In this document: positions 8,122-15,789 of the stretch, piece after piece | Numbering within the stretch: the first letter of the stretch is position 1 | Layout: each line of letters starts with the position of its first letter | Assembly (NCBI GenBank): GCA_964636095.1 | Contig: CAZWRF010000002.1 | Location: forward strand, 1 to 32,000 | Direction: 5' to 3' | DNA length: 32,000 nucleotides | Source of the DNA: an uncultured Candidatus Saccharibacteria bacterium | GTDB taxonomy: Bacteria; Patescibacteriota; Minisyncoccia; JAHISW01; Tagabacteraceae | Position numbers and translations under genes: made by a program | Notes under the pieces: model-generated | Databases searched by the model: none | What the model was told of the DNA's origin: nothing | What the model saw: only the letters and a program-made list of their open reading frames with translations

Positions 8122-9123
8122 GTGAAAGTTATTGAGAAAAAAAATCTGGAAAATTTGACCAAGGAATTGGCCAAAAAATTTTCCGTTGTAGCCCCCGTTA
8201 GAAGAGAAGACGGGGAATATGTTTTTTCAAAACTTGGCGAAGACTCTTCGCCCGATTTCAACTACCGCCCTACTGTTCTCTCGATAAAGCAGTTTTTCTT
8301 TCCTGCCAAGGAAGAGACCTTTGCTTTCGATACAAAAAAGAAAAAAGTTTTGCCTCAGGCAAGGCCTGAAAAAATTGTTTTATTTGGCCTCAATCTTCGC
8401 GATACGGAGGCCCTCGTTCAGCTTGACGAGATAATGAAAAAACCGAAGCCGGATTATTTTTATTTTCAGAAAAGAAATCTGGCCACGGTTGTTTCCATAA
8501 TAAACGTCACCGATTCCCTGCCCCATGTAGGCGTTGATCTTATTCTTGAAAAAGTAAACGACAAGGAATATAAGGCTACGCCGCTGACAAAAGAAGGGAG
8601 AAAAATTTTGGAAAGCAGGTATTTTAAAAATACAAAAAAAATAAAAATAAAAGTAAATCCGAAATCCAAAAAAATGGCCAAGCTTAGAGAGCTTCTTCTC
8701 GACCCGGAGCTTCTTAAAGACGCCGTTGAATGGTCATGGGAAGGTATACCTGAAATTTGGGACGATCTGGCGAAACAATGCCTCGGTTGCGGTATATGCA
8801 CTTATGTCTGTCCGTTATGTCATTGTTTTTCCGTTGAAGACAGGTGCGCGCTTAGCGGAGAAAAATGCACAAAAACAAGAGAGTGGGATGCGTGCACTCT
8901 TCCCGGTTTTGCTCAAATTACCGGCGGACACAATTTTCACCGCACCATTAAAGAAAGATACTACAACTGGTTTTTCCACAAGTTTGTCCGGGCCTACAAA
9001 GAATTCGGTAAATCGCAGTGTGTGGCTTGCGGAAGGTGCGCTATGTATTGCCCTGCCAGAATAGATATCGAAAAGGTTTTGGTTGACATTGTAAAAAAGT
9101 ACCAGTCAAAAGTAAAATTTTAA
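8122..9123 (+). CDS. hydB: Group 3b [NiFe]-hydrogenase (sulfhydrogenase-type) beta subunit, AsrA-like Fe-S protein
   Basis: Two ferredoxin-type Cys clusters, CLGCGICTYVCPLCHC and CVACGRCAMYCP. First gene in the beta-gamma-delta-alpha order typical of Pyrococcus-type sulfhydrogenase. GTG start. Confidence 0.8.
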   Translation: MKVIEKKNLENLTKELAKKFSVVAPVRREDGEYVFSKLGEDSSPDFNYRPTVLSIKQFFFPAKEETFAFDTKKKKVLPQARPEKIVLFGLNLRDTEALVQLDEIMKKPKPDYFYFQKRNLATVVSIINVTDSLPHVGVDLILEKVNDKEYKATPLTKEGRKILESRYFKNTKKIKIKVNPKSKKMAKLRELLLDPELLKDAVEWSWEGIPEIWDDLAKQCLGCGICTYVCPLCHCFSVEDRCALSGEKCTKTREWDACTLPGFAQITGGHNFHRTIKERYYNWFFHKFVRAYKEFGKSQCVACGRCAMYCPARIDIEKVLVDIVKKYQSKVKF

Positions 9124-9126
9124 AAA

Positions 9127-9957
9127 ATGAACAATATATATCTTCCCGAACAAGTAAAAGTGGCCGATATAAAACAGCTTTCGCGTGATGTGAAGCTTTT
9201 TCGCCTTAAGAAAAAGATAGGAAAGTTCAAAGCCGGCAGAAATAAGCTTGTTTTTACACCGGCCCAGTTTTTGCTTGTAGGTGTGTGGGGATACGGAGAA
9301 TCTCCGTTTGGCTGCGCTTCTTCGCCTTATGAAAAATCTTTTATTGACGTAGTAGTAAGAAATACCGGAGGCAAGGTCACTTCCGCTCTGCACAACAATG
9401 TTAAGAAAGGCGATGAAATTTCAATAAGAGGCCCTTTCGGCAATGGTTTTCCTCTTGAATTTTTTGAAGGCAAGGACATTGTTATGGCTACCGGGGGGTG
9501 CGGCATACCGCCCATAGCTGCTTTTATAGAATATGTAATAAAAAACAGGGAGAAGTTCGGCGAAGTCTACCTGCTTTACGGCGCGCGTACGCCCGCGGAT
9601 ATTTTAATGAAAGAAGACCTTAAAAGATGGGAAAAAAACATAAAAATAATTCTTACCATCGACAAGCCTCATCCGGAATGGAATGGGTGCGTAGGTTTTG
9701 TCACCGACATGGTGGATCAGATAAAAATAGACTCAAGAAGGGCCGTGGCTACCATGTGCGGACCCGGGCCGATGACGAACGCCCTGGAAAAAGTTTTGCG
9801 TCCGCTGGGTATTTCGGACAGAAGGATATTTGTTTCGGCAGAAAGAAAAATGCAGTGCGGAGTGGGAAGGTGCCAGCACTGTACCACGGGCGACAAATAC
9901 GTTTGCATGGACGGCCCTGTGTTTAATTTTGACGAAATAGATAAAAATTGGGATTAA
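9127..9957 (+). CDS. hydG: Group 3b hydrogenase gamma subunit (FAD/NAD(P)-binding oxidoreductase with C-terminal [2Fe-2S] motif)
   Basis: FNR-like fold motifs (GPFGNGF, ATGGCGIPP) and C-terminal CGVGRCQHCTTGDKYVCMDGPVF. Confidence 0.85.
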   Translation: MNNIYLPEQVKVADIKQLSRDVKLFRLKKKIGKFKAGRNKLVFTPAQFLLVGVWGYGESPFGCASSPYEKSFIDVVVRNTGGKVTSALHNNVKKGDEISIRGPFGNGFPLEFFEGKDIVMATGGCGIPPIAAFIEYVIKNREKFGEVYLLYGARTPADILMKEDLKRWEKNIKIILTIDKPHPEWNGCVGFVTDMVDQIKIDSRRAVATMCGPGPMTNALEKVLRPLGISDRRIFVSAERKMQCGVGRCQHCTTGDKYVCMDGPVFNFDEIDKNWD

Positions 9958-9958
9958 C

Positions 9959-10729
9959 ATGACAAAAAAAGAACTGCCAAAAGTAGCAATTTATGATTTT
10001 ACAGACTGTGAGGGGTGCGAAGTGAAGCTTGTTTCCCTTCGTGACAAGCTTCTTCCTCTTTTGAATCTTGTTGATATTGCCGACTGGCGCCTTGGGCAAG
10101 AAAGAAAAGACAAGGGGCCTTTTCTTGTTTCAATTATTGAAGGGACGCCCATTACTCAGCACGAGATAGACACGCTGAAACATCTTAGGGAAAATTCTAC
10201 TTACATTGTAGCTTTAGGCGCTTGCGCCTCTTTGGCCGGTATTCCCGGAATTATGAATAAAAAAGACAGAGAAAAGTGGCGAAAGAAAATTTATGGAAAA
10301 AACTACAAGGGAAAGGATATTGACGCTCTTCCCCTTCAGGCCTATGTAAAAGTGGATTTTTTCATTCACGGCTGTCCGGTGGATGAAGGCCAGCTTGAAA
10401 GAGTTTTGGAAGAGCTTCTTTCCGGAAAAACTCCTTCCTACAGGGGATATTCCGTTTGCTTTGAATGCAAGTTGGCGGGAAACAAATGCCGAATTGTAAA
10501 CGGTAAGCCGTGCCTGGGGCCCATAACTCAGGGCGGGTGCGGAGCTATCTGTGTTTCCGGCGGTTCACCCTGTTACGGCTGTTTTGGCCTGAGGGAAGAT
10601 GCCAATGTTGAAGGGCTTGTTAAAAGGCTGAAGAAAATCACCAATAAAAAGGAAATTGAAAGATACTTCACCATGTTCCACAATCAAATGCCCGAGTGGA
10701 AAGATAGGGTTAAAAAACTTCTCAAATAG
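9959..10729 (+). CDS. hydD: Group 3b [NiFe]-hydrogenase small (delta) subunit
   Basis: N-terminal DCEGCEV proximal-cluster motif, GACA, HGCP and a C-terminal Cys-rich region (CFECK...C...CLGPITQGGCGAICVSGGSPCYGCFG). 1-nt gap from hydG. Confidence 0.85.
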   Translation: MTKKELPKVAIYDFTDCEGCEVKLVSLRDKLLPLLNLVDIADWRLGQERKDKGPFLVSIIEGTPITQHEIDTLKHLRENSTYIVALGACASLAGIPGIMNKKDREKWRKKIYGKNYKGKDIDALPLQAYVKVDFFIHGCPVDEGQLERVLEELLSGKTPSYRGYSVCFECKLAGNKCRIVNGKPCLGPITQGGCGAICVSGGSPCYGCFGLREDANVEGLVKRLKKITNKKEIERYFTMFHNQMPEWKDRVKKLLK

Positions 10730-10746
10730 TTCAACAAACTTACTGT

Positions 10747-10786
10747 AAATAAAAAATGCCGGCCTGGTCCACGACCAAACCGGCAT
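10747..10786 (-). terminator. Strong intrinsic terminator, functional orientation on the minus strand
   Basis: Minus-strand hairpin ATGCCGG-TT-TGGTC-GTG-GACCA-GG-CCGGCAT followed by TTTTTTATTT. On the plus strand no T-run follows. Confidence 0.75.
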
Positions 10787-11030
10787 GTTGAAGGGCTCTG
10801 CTTCCCCTCTCTTCTTGGCTCCAGTGTGTGGCTTTTTATTTTTGTGGGTGCCTTCCCTTTGTGAGGTACACAAGACCGGACAAGTTGATTTAACAATCAA
10901 CGGATACACCTTCCCACGCTTTCGGGCTCGCCAGCTTTTGATTCGAATGTGTTTTAAAGTAGCGTCATAGCATGGCTTTTCTCTGGCTCCTTTGGTTTTT
11001 TGTTTTTGTCAAAAGGCCGTTTTTGACCTT
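10748..11030 (-). ncRNA. Candidate unclassified non-coding RNA (about 280 nt) in the hydD-hydA spacer
   Basis: Bounded by a near-consensus promoter (11038-11066) and the terminator at 10747-10786. No credible ORF. Local perfect hairpins at 11008-11027 and 10884-10901. GC-richer than the flanks by eye. Confidence 0.5.
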
Positions 11031-11037
11031 AGTTTGC

Positions 11038-11066
11038 ATTCTATATCAAAAAATGTTTCTTGTCAA
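11038..11066 (-). promoter_or_regulatory. Near-consensus sigma70-type promoter driving the candidate ncRNA
   Basis: Minus strand reads TTGACA (11066-11061), exactly 17 nt, TAGAAT (11043-11038). Confidence 0.6.
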
Positions 11067-11097
11067 TAGATAGTAATTTTTAAATTTTTTGGAATTT

Positions 11098-11106
11098 TGG
11101 TAGAAT
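11098..11106 (+). promoter_or_regulatory. Candidate extended -10 promoter for hydA (TGGTAGAAT)
   Basis: TGGTAGAAT lies 15 nt upstream of the hydA ATG, back-to-back with the minus-strand promoter. Confidence 0.4.
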
Positions 11107-11121
11107 AGAGATACATAAAAA

Positions 11122-12327
11122 ATGGCAAATATTACCGACAAATACATTACAAAGATTGAAGGGCATGGGAGCCTGGATGTTGATTGGGGAAAAAATAAAG
11201 TAAAGCTCAATATTCACGAAGGAGAACGCCTTTTTGAAGGGCTTCTCGTGGGCAGAAGCATAGGAGAAGCCTACTGGATTACTCCGAGGATTTGCGGGGT
11301 GTGCCCTATTGCCCACAACCTGGCTTCCGTCCGGGCTTGCGAGGACGGTTACGAGGTAAAAGTAAGTCCGAAAACTGAGCTTTTGCGCCAGCTTATGGAT
11401 TGCGGGCAAATGATACAAAGCCACGTTTTGCACATGGCATTTCTTGCGCTTCCCGACTATTTGGGAATTGACCGAGCTACCGAACTGGCAAAAAAGAATC
11501 CGAAAGTTTTTAAAGTAGTTTTGGATCTCAAAGAAGTTTCCGATGATATTGCTTATGTTGTGGCCGGGAGGAACGTTCACCCTACTACTATCACAATCGG
11601 AGGTTTTCACAAAATTCCCGAAAGAAAAGAGCTTGAAAACTTGCTTAAAAAAATAAAGAATACAAAAAAGGCGGCGAAGATCTTTATGAAGCTTTGCATT
11701 GGTGTAAAATACCCCGCCCTTAAGGCCGATTTTGAGCTTGTAGCTCAGAACGGGAAAAATATTTTATCGAGCAAAGACAAAAAAGTTTCCATAAAAGATT
11801 ACAAAAAAACCATTACGGAAGAAATTAAGACCTACTCAACGGCCAAGTTCGGCACCTACAAGCACCGCGAGATGATGGTGGGCGCTCTTGCCAGAATGTA
11901 TTTTGAGCTCAAAGACAAAAAAATGCGCTCTCTTCTGGATTTTGAAAATCCCTTCTACAACAACATGGCCCAGGGAATAGAAATATATCTTTACCACAAG
12001 AAGGCGGAGGAAATTCTTGAAAAGTTTTTGGGCGGCAATTTGAGCTTTCCCGTTGCCGAACCGAAGAAAAAGAAAGGGCCATACGAAGGAATAGGGGCAC
12101 ACGAAGCTCCCAGGGGAGGGCTTTACCACGAGTATCATTTCAACAGCAAGGGAGATATTACCTACGCTAATATTATTACCCCTACCGTTCAAAACCTCAC
12201 CTCAATAGAAAACTGCGCCAACAGGCTGATGAAGCAGTACGGGGACAAATCCCAAAAAGAAAAAGAGCACCTCATGGAGATGCTCGTCCGGGCCTACGAT
12301 CCGTGCATTACTTGTTCGGTTCACTAA
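11122..12327 (+). CDS. hydA: Group 3b [NiFe]-hydrogenase large (alpha) subunit, ending exactly at the C-terminal His
   Basis: N-terminal Ni-Fe ligand motif RICGVCPIAH and C-terminal DPCITCSVH followed directly by TAA. Confidence 0.9.
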   Translation: MANITDKYITKIEGHGSLDVDWGKNKVKLNIHEGERLFEGLLVGRSIGEAYWITPRICGVCPIAHNLASVRACEDGYEVKVSPKTELLRQLMDCGQMIQSHVLHMAFLALPDYLGIDRATELAKKNPKVFKVVLDLKEVSDDIAYVVAGRNVHPTTITIGGFHKIPERKELENLLKKIKNTKKAAKIFMKLCIGVKYPALKADFELVAQNGKNILSSKDKKVSIKDYKKTITEEIKTYSTAKFGTYKHREMMVGALARMYFELKDKKMRSLLDFENPFYNNMAQGIEIYLYHKKAEEILEKFLGGNLSFPVAEPKKKKGPYEGIGAHEAPRGGLYHEYHFNSKGDITYANIITPTVQNLTSIENCANRLMKQYGDKSQKEKEHLMEMLVRAYDPCITCSVH

Positions 12328-12364
12328 TTTTTTCCAACAAAATCATCTTTTTGTCTCCGGGCAA

Positions 12365-12392
12365 GGGGAAGTCCTTACATCCCCTCTATTTT
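12365..12392 (+). terminator. Weak candidate terminator after hydA
   Basis: GGGGA-10 nt-TCCCC followed by TCTATTTT. A second imperfect long hairpin follows at about 12385-12423. Confidence 0.3.
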
Positions 12393-12456
12393 AAATGGGC
12401 TCGCTAAGCTCGCCCAAAATAGTCTCCCTTTGGAGTCGTCAAAAAGTCGATTTTGT

Positions 12457-13200
12457 TTACAAAGTTACGTTAGTCAAATCCAGATGGAACTTGGTCCAAA
12501 AGGCCAGGTTGTTTTTTTGTCTTTCGGTTATTTTGTCGCAAACATAATCCCAGTGGAGGGACACATTGTCTCCCATTTTTATTGAAGGGTCAAGCAGAAA
12601 ATACCCTCTAGTTTCTTTTTTTCCGAATTGCAGTTTTTTGTTTTTGAATTCAATTGGCGTATACTCTACCAAAGCTATACCCGAGCCAGGATTTTTCTGC
12701 CCACTAATAAAATCGGTGGTTAACACCCGGCCTCCCTTTATACTGCAGTTGTTTATTGTTTCAATGAGCTTGTCTTTTGCTCCCGATCTTAAAAATCCGG
12801 TCCGCCTGTAAATATCCAGGGCGTGAAATGCGTGAAAAGGCTTTGCTTTCGGCACCGAACCCGATATAAGCCAAGACCAATCTTTTTTTTTCATTCTGTC
12901 TTTGAATCTGTTTTCCAGATGACTGTAAAAATCTTTCATCTCAACTTTTTCAAGAAGCTCGTTTCCGAGCCAGTAAGCTTCAACCACTCTGTAGTCAAAA
13001 ATATCTTTTATCCCGCTGCTAAAGGCTATAAGCCGAAGGTAAGGAACCGCTCCTTCAAATTGAAGAAGCAGATTTTTCAGCTCAACGGATTTTTCCTTTT
13101 CGCTTAACGCACCAAACAATGCGGCATTATCTTCAGGCCCGCAATATTTGAGCAAATTTGGCGGAAAGGCGTATTTTGCGCAGGTTAAGAGCCCGTCCAT
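12457..13200 (-). CDS. Conserved-looking hypothetical protein (247 aa), last gene of the hypC-eamA operon
   Basis: Long ORF with non-repetitive composition. N-terminal CAKYAFPPNLLKYCGPE motif. Its start overlaps the eamA stop by 16 nt. No family confidently recognised. Confidence 0.6.
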   Translation of the reverse strand: MDGLLTCAKYAFPPNLLKYCGPEDNAALFGALSEKEKSVELKNLLLQFEGAVPYLRLIAFSSGIKDIFDYRVVEAYWLGNELLEKVEMKDFYSHLENRFKDRMKKKDWSWLISGSVPKAKPFHAFHALDIYRRTGFLRSGAKDKLIETINNCSIKGGRVLTTDFISGQKNPGSGIALVEYTPIEFKNKKLQFGKKETRGYFLLDPSIKMGDNVSLHWDYVCDKITERQKNNLAFWTKFHLDLTNVTL

Positions 13201-14114
13201 AATAATCCCCCCGTTTTTTTGAATGAATTTGCAATTTTTGCTGACTTAACAAACAATACTATACCGACAGCTATCAGTGCAACAGGAAGCACCAGCGCTT
13301 TGTTGAAAGTGTGGCTGACAAAAACAGAATTCAAAACTGCGGTAATAGGCGCGGCTATTACAAGTATGGAGCTTACAATTGTAGCAGGAGCTAGTTTTAG
13401 CGCTTTATACCAGGTAATTACATATCCGAACAGCATTAGACTGCCGAAAATAAGCCAGCTTATTTTCGCCGTGGAAAAATATAAAAGTTCTCCAATTCCG
13501 CCGGTGACGCAGATAAAAACAAGCAAAAACAAAGAGCCAAAAAACATTCTTCCACATGCTACCGTAATTGGAGAGACGGTTTTTAAAACAACTTTTGCGA
13601 TTATACTTTCAATTGCCCAAAGGAAGGTTGCCAAAAAAACCAGCATTTCTCCATAGCCGAATCTAATCTCGTTTGGGGCCGAAAACAAATATACGCCGGC
13701 AAAAAGAATTGCTAATCCAAAAAATTGGACCCATGATATTTTTTCCTTTAAAACGGGAACAGCCAGTAAAGCTATCCAAACAAAAAGGGTCTTGTGGATA
13801 AAAGCTGCGCCGGATGACGATGACAAGGAAAGGCCCTTGAAAAACAAAAGAAAAGGAATGGATCCGCCCACAAGTCCTATGGATACTAGCATAAGCAATT
13901 GTTTTTTTGAAAGTTTCTTCAGTTCTTTATGCTTTTTTAAAATTGCCATAATGGACAAAAAAAGAATTGCCACAGACAAGTTTTTTGCCGTAGTGAAAAT
14001 AGAAGAATCCGACCAAAAAGACAAAGCGAATTTATTGAAAAACACGGAGAACCCGCTTATGAAGGCTGTCGCAAGGGCCAAATATATACCTTTGTTTTTT
14101 AGTGAGTTGTGCAT
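13185..14114 (-). CDS. EamA/DMT-superfamily transporter (10 TM)
   Basis: Two repeated 5-TM halves typical of EamA domains. Its start overlaps the hypC stop by 16 nt. Confidence 0.8.
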   Translation of the reverse strand: MHNSLKNKGIYLALATAFISGFSVFFNKFALSFWSDSSIFTTAKNLSVAILFLSIMAILKKHKELKKLSKKQLLMLVSIGLVGGSIPFLLFFKGLSLSSSSGAAFIHKTLFVWIALLAVPVLKEKISWVQFFGLAILFAGVYLFSAPNEIRFGYGEMLVFLATFLWAIESIIAKVVLKTVSPITVACGRMFFGSLFLLVFICVTGGIGELLYFSTAKISWLIFGSLMLFGYVITWYKALKLAPATIVSSILVIAAPITAVLNSVFVSHTFNKALVLPVALIAVGIVLFVKSAKIANSFKKTGGLLWTGS

Positions 14115-14335
14115 GTTTCTGAATTGTGATTTATATTTTTAATCATTTTTAATATTTTTTTGGCTTCTTCTTTTTCAATTTTATTAAGTGCCAAGTCAGC
14201 ATGAACCAAAATGTAGTCTCCTATCTTGGCGTTTTTAATTAGCGATAAGTTTGCTTTATGTGTGTGGTCGCCCGATTGAACAATGGCCCAATCTTTCTCT
14301 ATTTTTATTATTTTGCTTGGTGTAGCTAAGCACAT
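14099..14335 (-). CDS. hypC: Hydrogenase maturation chaperone HypC/HybG/HupF family
   Basis: Diagnostic N-terminus MCLATPSKII and GDYILVHADLALNKIEKEEA core. 78 aa. Confidence 0.85.
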   Translation of the reverse strand: MCLATPSKIIKIEKDWAIVQSGDHTHKANLSLIKNAKIGDYILVHADLALNKIEKEEAKKILKMIKNINHNSETCTTH

Positions 14336-14345
14336 ATTTTAAAAA

Positions 14346-14365
14346 TTAATGAATATTAATGAATA
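14346..14365. repeat. Tandem 10-mer TTAATGAATA x2 immediately upstream of hypC
   Basis: 14346-14355 and 14356-14365 are identical. They lie in the 45-bp gap between the 7-TM gene and hypC. Confidence 0.8.
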
Positions 14366-14380
14366 TAATTGCAAATTTTT

Positions 14381-15088
14381 TTATATTTCGTAAATATTTT
14401 CTTTTTTATTTGGTCTTTCTTGGTAAGCCAAAAAGCACAAAAGTATAAAGGCCGTCATTAGTATTCTTGACAAGGCTAGCCGCCAGCCCGTTATGAGTCT
14501 TCCGGCGTCCAAGTATCCGGAAAACAAATAACCTATCAAGGATATGGAGGAAAAAAGCAGATATCCCTCCGAAAGCTTCTTGTTTTTTATCCAGAAAAAG
14601 ATCCTCTTTAGGGCGTCGTATAAAGCTACAATGAATCCCAGAGCCAGCTCTACTTCAAATATAAAAAACGCATTGGATGTAAGCCCGTATTTTACTCCCC
14701 ATTCTGAAAAATTTGGAGCAAGAAGCCCGCCGCTTAAAAGGAAATAAACAAAAAAGGAAGAGGATAAAATATAAATGCCGTAAAAAAACCTTGCAACCCA
14801 CATTTTGCCGGTTGCTCTTAGAAATACGCAATAAACGAGAAGAATGGCGCTAATTATTACAAAAACATAGCTTAAGTAGGCCAATATTTTGGAATAATCC
14901 AATTTGTTCATGTAGCCCATAAAGGAAGAAAGACCGGTTGTAAGCCAAACTATAGCAGTTGCCAGCCAAAACCATCCCAAACGAAGAGCTTCTTTATCGT
15001 CTCTCCACTTTTTTAATATAACGAAAAATGTGGCGAAAGAAACAAATGATATAACCCACGAAGTTAAAGGTATATAGATTTCTGACAT
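14381..15088 (-). CDS. Hypothetical polytopic (about 7 TM) membrane protein
   Basis: 235-aa ORF made of serial hydrophobic helices. TATAAT (15100-15095) lies 6 nt upstream of the ATG. The topology loosely resembles sensor-kinase 7TM modules, but there is no kinase domain. Confidence 0.6.
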   Translation of the reverse strand: MSEIYIPLTSWVISFVSFATFFVILKKWRDDKEALRLGWFWLATAIVWLTTGLSSFMGYMNKLDYSKILAYLSYVFVIISAILLVYCVFLRATGKMWVARFFYGIYILSSSFFVYFLLSGGLLAPNFSEWGVKYGLTSNAFFIFEVELALGFIVALYDALKRIFFWIKNKKLSEGYLLFSSISLIGYLFSGYLDAGRLITGWRLALSRILMTAFILLCFLAYQERPNKKENIYEI

Positions 15089-15112
15089 GGTTTTATTATA
15101 CTATAAACAAGC

Positions 15113-15787
15113 ATGTTGCTGAAAGTGAACTTTCATATGCACACCCGGGAAGACCCGATAGACAAGGTGCCTTATACTATTTATGAGGCTGTTGACTGCG
15201 CCGCAAAAAATAATTTTGATGTTTTGGCCCTTACTTCCCATAGAAGATTTATTTGTAAAAATGAGTACGTTGATTATGCCGCCCAAAAAGGTATTTTGCT
15301 TGTTCCCGGCGTGGAAGCAATGATAGAAAAAAAGGAAGTAATTATTTTAAATTGCGATGAGTCAATAAACGAAATAAAAACCTTCAATGGCTTGAAAGTT
15401 TATAGAGAAAAAAATCCCGATATTTTTGTTTTTGCTCCCCATCCTTTTGTTTTTCACAAAAAAAGTTTGGGTAGAAAACTTCTGGAGAATATAAATTTGT
15501 TTGATGCCGTTGAATTATCCGTTTTTTCAAATTGTATTTTTAATTTCAACAAAAAAGCCTCCGAAGTGGCGAAAAAACACAACAAGCCGCTGATGGCGAC
15601 TTCAGACACTCATTTTTTGGAGGACATAAGGCGCGGGTATATTTTGGCTGACGCAAAAGAAAAAACCGCGGCTGCCGTATTTGAAGCTATAAAAAATAAA
15701 AATTTTGAAAACAGGTTAAACTCCATGGGCGTCTGGTCCATGTTGGAGTTTCGTGCCAAGGCGGGAATAAGAAAATTTTTCAGTTGA
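15113..15787 (+). CDS. PHP-domain metal-dependent phosphoesterase
   Basis: N-terminal FHMHT(R)ED His motif, LTSH, APHPF and C-terminal SDTH motif typical of the PHP fold. Confidence 0.75.
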   Translation: MLLKVNFHMHTREDPIDKVPYTIYEAVDCAAKNNFDVLALTSHRRFICKNEYVDYAAQKGILLVPGVEAMIEKKEVIILNCDESINEIKTFNGLKVYREKNPDIFVFAPHPFVFHKKSLGRKLLENINLFDAVELSVFSNCIFNFNKKASEVAKKHNKPLMATSDTHFLEDIRRGYILADAKEKTAAAVFEAIKNKNFENRLNSMGVWSMLEFRAKAGIRKFFS

Positions 15788-15789
15788 AA

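Noticed and set aside
10565-10970. ORFs in the hydD-hydA spacer (10565-10909 -, 10684-10896 -, 10785-10970 +).
   Set aside because: The minus-strand ORFs run straight through a strong terminator hairpin and antisense into hydD. All of them lack start signals and have odd composition (R/P/G/C-rich). The region is better explained as non-coding RNA.
10748-11030. Assigning the spacer RNA to tmRNA, RNase P RNA, SRP RNA or a riboswitch.
   Set aside because: It has no tRNA-like GGGG.../...CCACCA ends or tag ORF. It has no GAAAGUCC-type CR-I element and no convincing helix-8 GNAR loop with an AGCA bulge. Its orientation is opposite to hydA, so it cannot be a 5' riboswitch for that gene. It was left unclassified.
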